Below, piece by piece: positions 60,237-64,000 of a stretch of DNA of 64,000 nt (position 1 is its first letter; every line of letters starts with the position of its first letter). The notes beneath the pieces are model-generated. The model was not told the origin of the DNA and did not search any database. It worked only from the letters and a program-made list of their open reading frames with translations. Position numbers and translations under genes: made by a program. This stretch comes from Streptomyces sp. M10(2022) (GTDB lineage Bacteria > Actinomycetota > Actinomycetes > Streptomycetales > Streptomycetaceae). The stretch covers positions 7,509,461 to 7,573,460 of the forward strand of contig JAMYWH010000005.1 in the NCBI GenBank assembly GCA_038070475.1, given 5' to 3'.

Positions 60237-61584
60237 ATGGCCGCGAACGGACGGCACCGCAGATATCAGCCCAGCCTGATCAACCGTGCCACGCTCACGG
60301 TGACGGTGGGCGGCGCGGGCATCGCGCTCCCGCTGATCACCGCCGCATCGGCCGGTGCCGCATCAGCCGATGTGTGGGAGAAGGTCGCCGCGTGCGAGTC
60401 GACCGGCAACTGGCACGTCAACACGGGCAACGGCCATTACGGCGGCCTGCAGTTCACCGGGTCGACCTGGGCAGCCTACGGGGTACGGTTTTCGCCTCAC
60501 GTGCGGACCTCGCCACCAAGGACCAGCAGATCGCCGTCGCTGAGAAGGTGCTGGACGGGCAGGGGCCGGGGCCTGGCCTGCCTGCTCCGTGAGCGCGGGC
60601 TGACGCGGGCGGCGGCGCCCCGATATCGCTCCGCAGACCCGGCGCAGCGAGGCGATCGGCGCCGTGAAGGCCGCGCCGGAGGCGGCTGAGGAGAAATTCG
60701 TCCCGCGGCTCCGGCCGCAGACCGTCAAGGCACCCGCATCGCCGATGACTGCGCCGGGCAGGAGCGATTCGTACACCGTCGCGAGCGGCGACTCGCTTCG
60801 GGCATCGCTGCCGCCGAAGATCTCCGGGCGGCTGGCAGGGTCTGTACGAGGCGAACCGTACCGTCGTCGGGGAGGATCCCGATCTGATCCTCCCGGGCAG
60901 CGGCTGAGCCTGGCCGAAGCAGCGCACGCGCGGGACCGCGCCGAAGGAGAATGCCGCTCCCCAGCGGTCGGAGGGCCGGCCGGCCAAGCCCGAGACGGCG
61001 GCGCCGAAGCCCGAACCGAAGCAGAGCGCGAAGCCCGAACCGAAGCAGGCGGCGAAACAGCAGCCGAAGAAGCAGGAACCGAGCAAAGAGCAGCCGAAGA
61101 AGGCAGAGCCGAAGAAGGCAGAGCCGAAGAAGGCAGAGCCGAAGAAGGCAGACCGTTCCTCCCCGAGCGGACCGAGAAGCGGCCGGGCTTCACCGCGCCG
61201 GTGTCGGCCCGTACCGGAACCCCGTACCACCAGGCCGGATCATGGTCGAGCGGCTATCACACGGGCGTCGACTTCCCGGTACCCACGGGGACCTCGGTCA
61301 AGGCGGTGGGCTCGGGGAAGGTTGTCTCGGCCGGCTGGGCCGGTGCATACGGCTATGAGGTCGTGATCCGGCACAGCGACGGCAAGTACAGCCAGTACGC
61401 GCACCTGTCCGCGCTCCATGTTCGTGCAGGCCAGCAGGTCGGCAGCGGTCAGCGGATCGCCCGCTCAGGCACCACGGGCAACAGCACCGGCCCGCATCTG
61501 CACTTCGAGATCAGGACCGGCCCCGGCTACGGCTCCGACGTCGACCCGCTCGCCTACCTCAGGGCGGGTGGTGCCAATGTCTGA
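60237..61584 (+). CDS. Rpf-like transglycosylase + LysM + Lys/Pro/Glu-rich repeat linker + M23 peptidase wall hydrolase, frameshifted
   Basis: It starts MAANGRHRR. The Rpf domain carries [27 protein letters not shown]. The LysM module carries YTVASGDSL. The M23 domain carries [23 protein letters not shown]...GPHLHFE. Confidence 0.8.
61000..61150 (+). repeat. degenerate KPEPK-coding repeats ending in 4 x 15 bp GAGCCGAAGAAGGCA
   Basis: This is a direct tandem repetition in the linker of the Rpf-M23 gene. Confidence 0.8.
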
Positions 61585-61939
61585 ACGTTCCCGTCCGGAT
61601 CCGAGCGCCCCGTGGCCGGACAGCACCGGCGCGCGGGACCGGAGAAGGCGCGCCCTCCGCTGAATTCGACGCGTCGCACCTCGCGTTCCAGCGGCATGAT
61701 CAAATCCAGCGCCGACGCGGACGGCGACGGAAAGGGATCAGCGCCCTGTGGCGGGGCGGGTGATGTGCGGGATGCTGATTTGTCGGGCATGGCCTCTGCC
61801 TCGCCCGACGCGGGCTTCTCCGCTCCCGCTCCAACGGTGCCGCCGGTCATCCCGGCCGCCCCGGCAGCCGTCCCTGAGGTGTTCCCGCCCGTAGCCCTTG
61901 ACCTGGCTCCGGGCACCGGGCTTCGCAGGGAGGGCCGGA

Positions 61940-62843
61940 TCACAGCGGCCCGGCCACCGTCGGCGTCCTGGGGTGCCCGGTCCGTGGTCGGCCCGGTCCC
62001 TGACAGCTGCGCGGCCAGCCGTTCGGTGGTCAGCAGGATCAGCCCGCCCGCCGCCACCACACCGCAGGCGAGCGCGAGCACCGTGCCCGTTGTCCCGTAG
62101 CGGAACTGCTCTTCGAACAGGGTGATGCCCACTGCCGCTGCGACCACCGGATTCACCACGGTCACGGTCGCCAGCGGCGCCGTCAGGCCGGCCCCGCGGT
62201 ATGCCGCCTGGGACAGCAGGAGCCCCGCCGCCGCGAGGCCTGCGATCACCAGCAGAGTCGGCAGACCCGAGGTCACCGAACCCGATGTCCACTCCATGGC
62301 CACCGTCTTGGTGAACACCGAAGCCATACCGAACGCCACGCCGGCGCCCGTGGCCAGTACGACGCTCCGCAGCATCGGCCGGTGCAGAGACTTCGCGACG
62401 AGCAGGAGCGCCGCCACCGCACCGAAGGCCACCATCGCCAGCATCAACTGCTCCGGCGCGTCCAGCGTGTGCGACCCGGCGCTCCCCGTGAGCGCCATCA
62501 GCCCGGCCAGGCCCACCGTGGCCATGATCGCGCCGCGCCAGGCCGTCGAGCCCGCTTTGCGGCGGACGAACAGCGCCGCCATCGGCAGGGCGAACACGAT
62601 CGTGAGCGCGCCGAGCGGCTGGACGAGGCTGAGCGGCCCGTAGGCCAGGGCCACCACATGCAGCACGGCGCCCACACCGTTCAGCGCCACCGCCGCCCAC
62701 CAGGCGGCGTTTTGCAGCAGCGCGTACGAGCGGCCGTCACCGGCAGCGGCCACGCGCTCCTGGACGATCGCCCCGGCCGCATAGGCGACCGCGGAGATCA
62801 GTGACAGCAGCACAGACAGCGCAAGGGAACTCATGTACACCAC
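61940..62843 (-). CDS. multi-TM membrane protein (DMT/EamA-like or NIPA-like). The 3' end is uncertain
   Basis: It has about 9 predicted TM helices. The ORF runs on into a Gly/Ala/Pro-rich tail that is probably not coding. Confidence 0.5.
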
Positions 62844-63140
62844 GATGTCCCGTCGCGGCCGCTACGTCGTCGTCCTTGAGGCGGCGATTCGGCATACTGC
62901 TCTAGTAGTACGTCCATCACTTCCACGTCCTCCTCTCGACGGTAGTCCTCCTCGGCCCATAGCTCAGAAGTTGCGCCGGGGCGGCTACATTTGGCTGCCC
63001 GGCCGGCACTGCGAGTGCCCGGTACCTGACCCCAGCAAGCCGGGCACGGTCACCGGATCATGGCCCAACTCTTGACGCGGACACTGCGGGAACAAAGAAT
63101 GATCGCGCGTTGACAACGTTGTCCAAGGAGGAGTCCAACC

Positions 63141-64000
63141 ATGCACCGGACCCAACGGCCGAGACTGCGGGGACCGGCCGCCGTACTCGCGGCCGCCGCG
63201 CTCTCACGGGCGCCCTCACCACCGGAGCCACGGCCCAGGCCGCGCCCCGGCCACAGGGGCAGCTGACCGATCTGGTCAACCCGTTCATCGGCACCCAGAA
63301 CGAGGGCAACACCTACCCCGGGGCCGCTGTCCCGTTCTCCATGGTCCAGCTCTCGCCCGATACCGGCCACGCGGTCGGCTACGACTACACGGACGATCAC
63401 ATCCGTGGATTCAGCAGCACGCATATCTCCGGCGTCGGCTGCGGTCTCGGCGGTGATCTGCCCGTGCTGCCCACCACCGGAGACATCACCGAGACGGACA
63501 ACACGAAGTACGCGGCCGGATTCAGTCACGACAACGAGAAGGCGAGCCCCGGCTACTACCAGGTCGGCCTCACCTCCTACGGCGGTATCAACGCCGAACT
63601 GACCGCGACGGAGCGTACCGGGGTCCAGCGCTACACCTTCCCGGCCACCGACAAGGCCAACGTGCTGCTCAACGCGGGCCAGTCGCTGCACAAGACGGTC
63701 AGCACCTCAGTGGAGGTCCTGGACTCCCGCACGGTCAGGACCGCCATCACCGGCCGCGGTTTCTGCCAGGACACCAAGCCGTACACGCTCTACACCCTCA
63801 CGCGCTTCGACCGGCCCTTCACCACCTCGGGCACCTGGAAGGACGGGGCGGTCACCGGAGCCAAGAAGTCCACCGGCGAGGCCGGCAACGGCGCCTGGGT
63901 GCGATTCGACACGACGAAGGACCGCACCGTCGAGGCGACGACGGCGATCAGCTTCGTCGACGCCGACGGCGCCGCGCGCAACCTGCGGGCCGAGGGCGGC
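63141..64000 (+). CDS. GH92 alpha-1,2-mannosidase-like, 3'-partial at the window edge, frameshifted in the signal region
   Basis: It carries LVNPFIGTQNEGNTYPGAAVPFSMVQLSPDT and FSSTHISGVGCGLGGD. Confidence 0.8.

Overview
This 64 kb window is very high-GC DNA (I estimate about 70% or higher) and looks like an accessory region of a Streptomyces-like actinomycete chromosome. It contains three kinds of content.

**Carbohydrate-utilisation loci.** A DeoR-controlled polyol/sugar operon spans 3.9-12.9 kb. It has a CUT2-type ABC transporter, two FGGY kinases, a histidine phosphatase and a 2-hydroxyacid dehydrogenase. A cellobiose/cellodextrin-like cluster spans 50-60 kb. It has a CUT1 ABC transporter, GH1 and GH3 beta-glucosidases, and LacI and ROK regulators. 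There are also a 5'-truncated GH38 alpha-mannosidase, a secreted GH5-like hydrolase with a discoidin domain, and a GH92 mannosidase at the 3' edge.

**An IS-rich island (14.2-29.2 kb).** It holds an IS5-family remnant, two different IS5-family elements, both inserted at CTAG, an IS630-family element and two near-identical direct copies of an IS701-family element. The IS701 copies bracket a 6 kb segment that carries a LuxR-type two-component system, VanZ, panD, a GNAT gene and a DAP/ornithine-decarboxylase-like gene.

**Housekeeping and specialised functions.** These include a DyP-peroxidase/encapsulin operon with a downstream PucR regulator, gnd, a streptogrisin-like S1 protease and an Rpf-LysM-M23 wall hydrolase. 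There is also a tightly translationally coupled four-gene cassette with no obvious described counterpart: an ATP-grasp ligase, a DUF364-like Rossmann protein, an SbnA/cysteine-synthase-like PLP enzyme and an enolase-superfamily epimerase. It is followed by an MFS remnant, a twin-NBD ABC ATPase and, about 1.4 kb further downstream after an intervening membrane-protein gene, a MurE paralog.

**Caveat.** Almost every gene is split over two or three reading frames. The two IS701 copies differ only by single-base changes in G/C homopolymers. I therefore interpret most frameshifts as sequencing or assembly indels, not decay. All CDS boundaries below are approximate.
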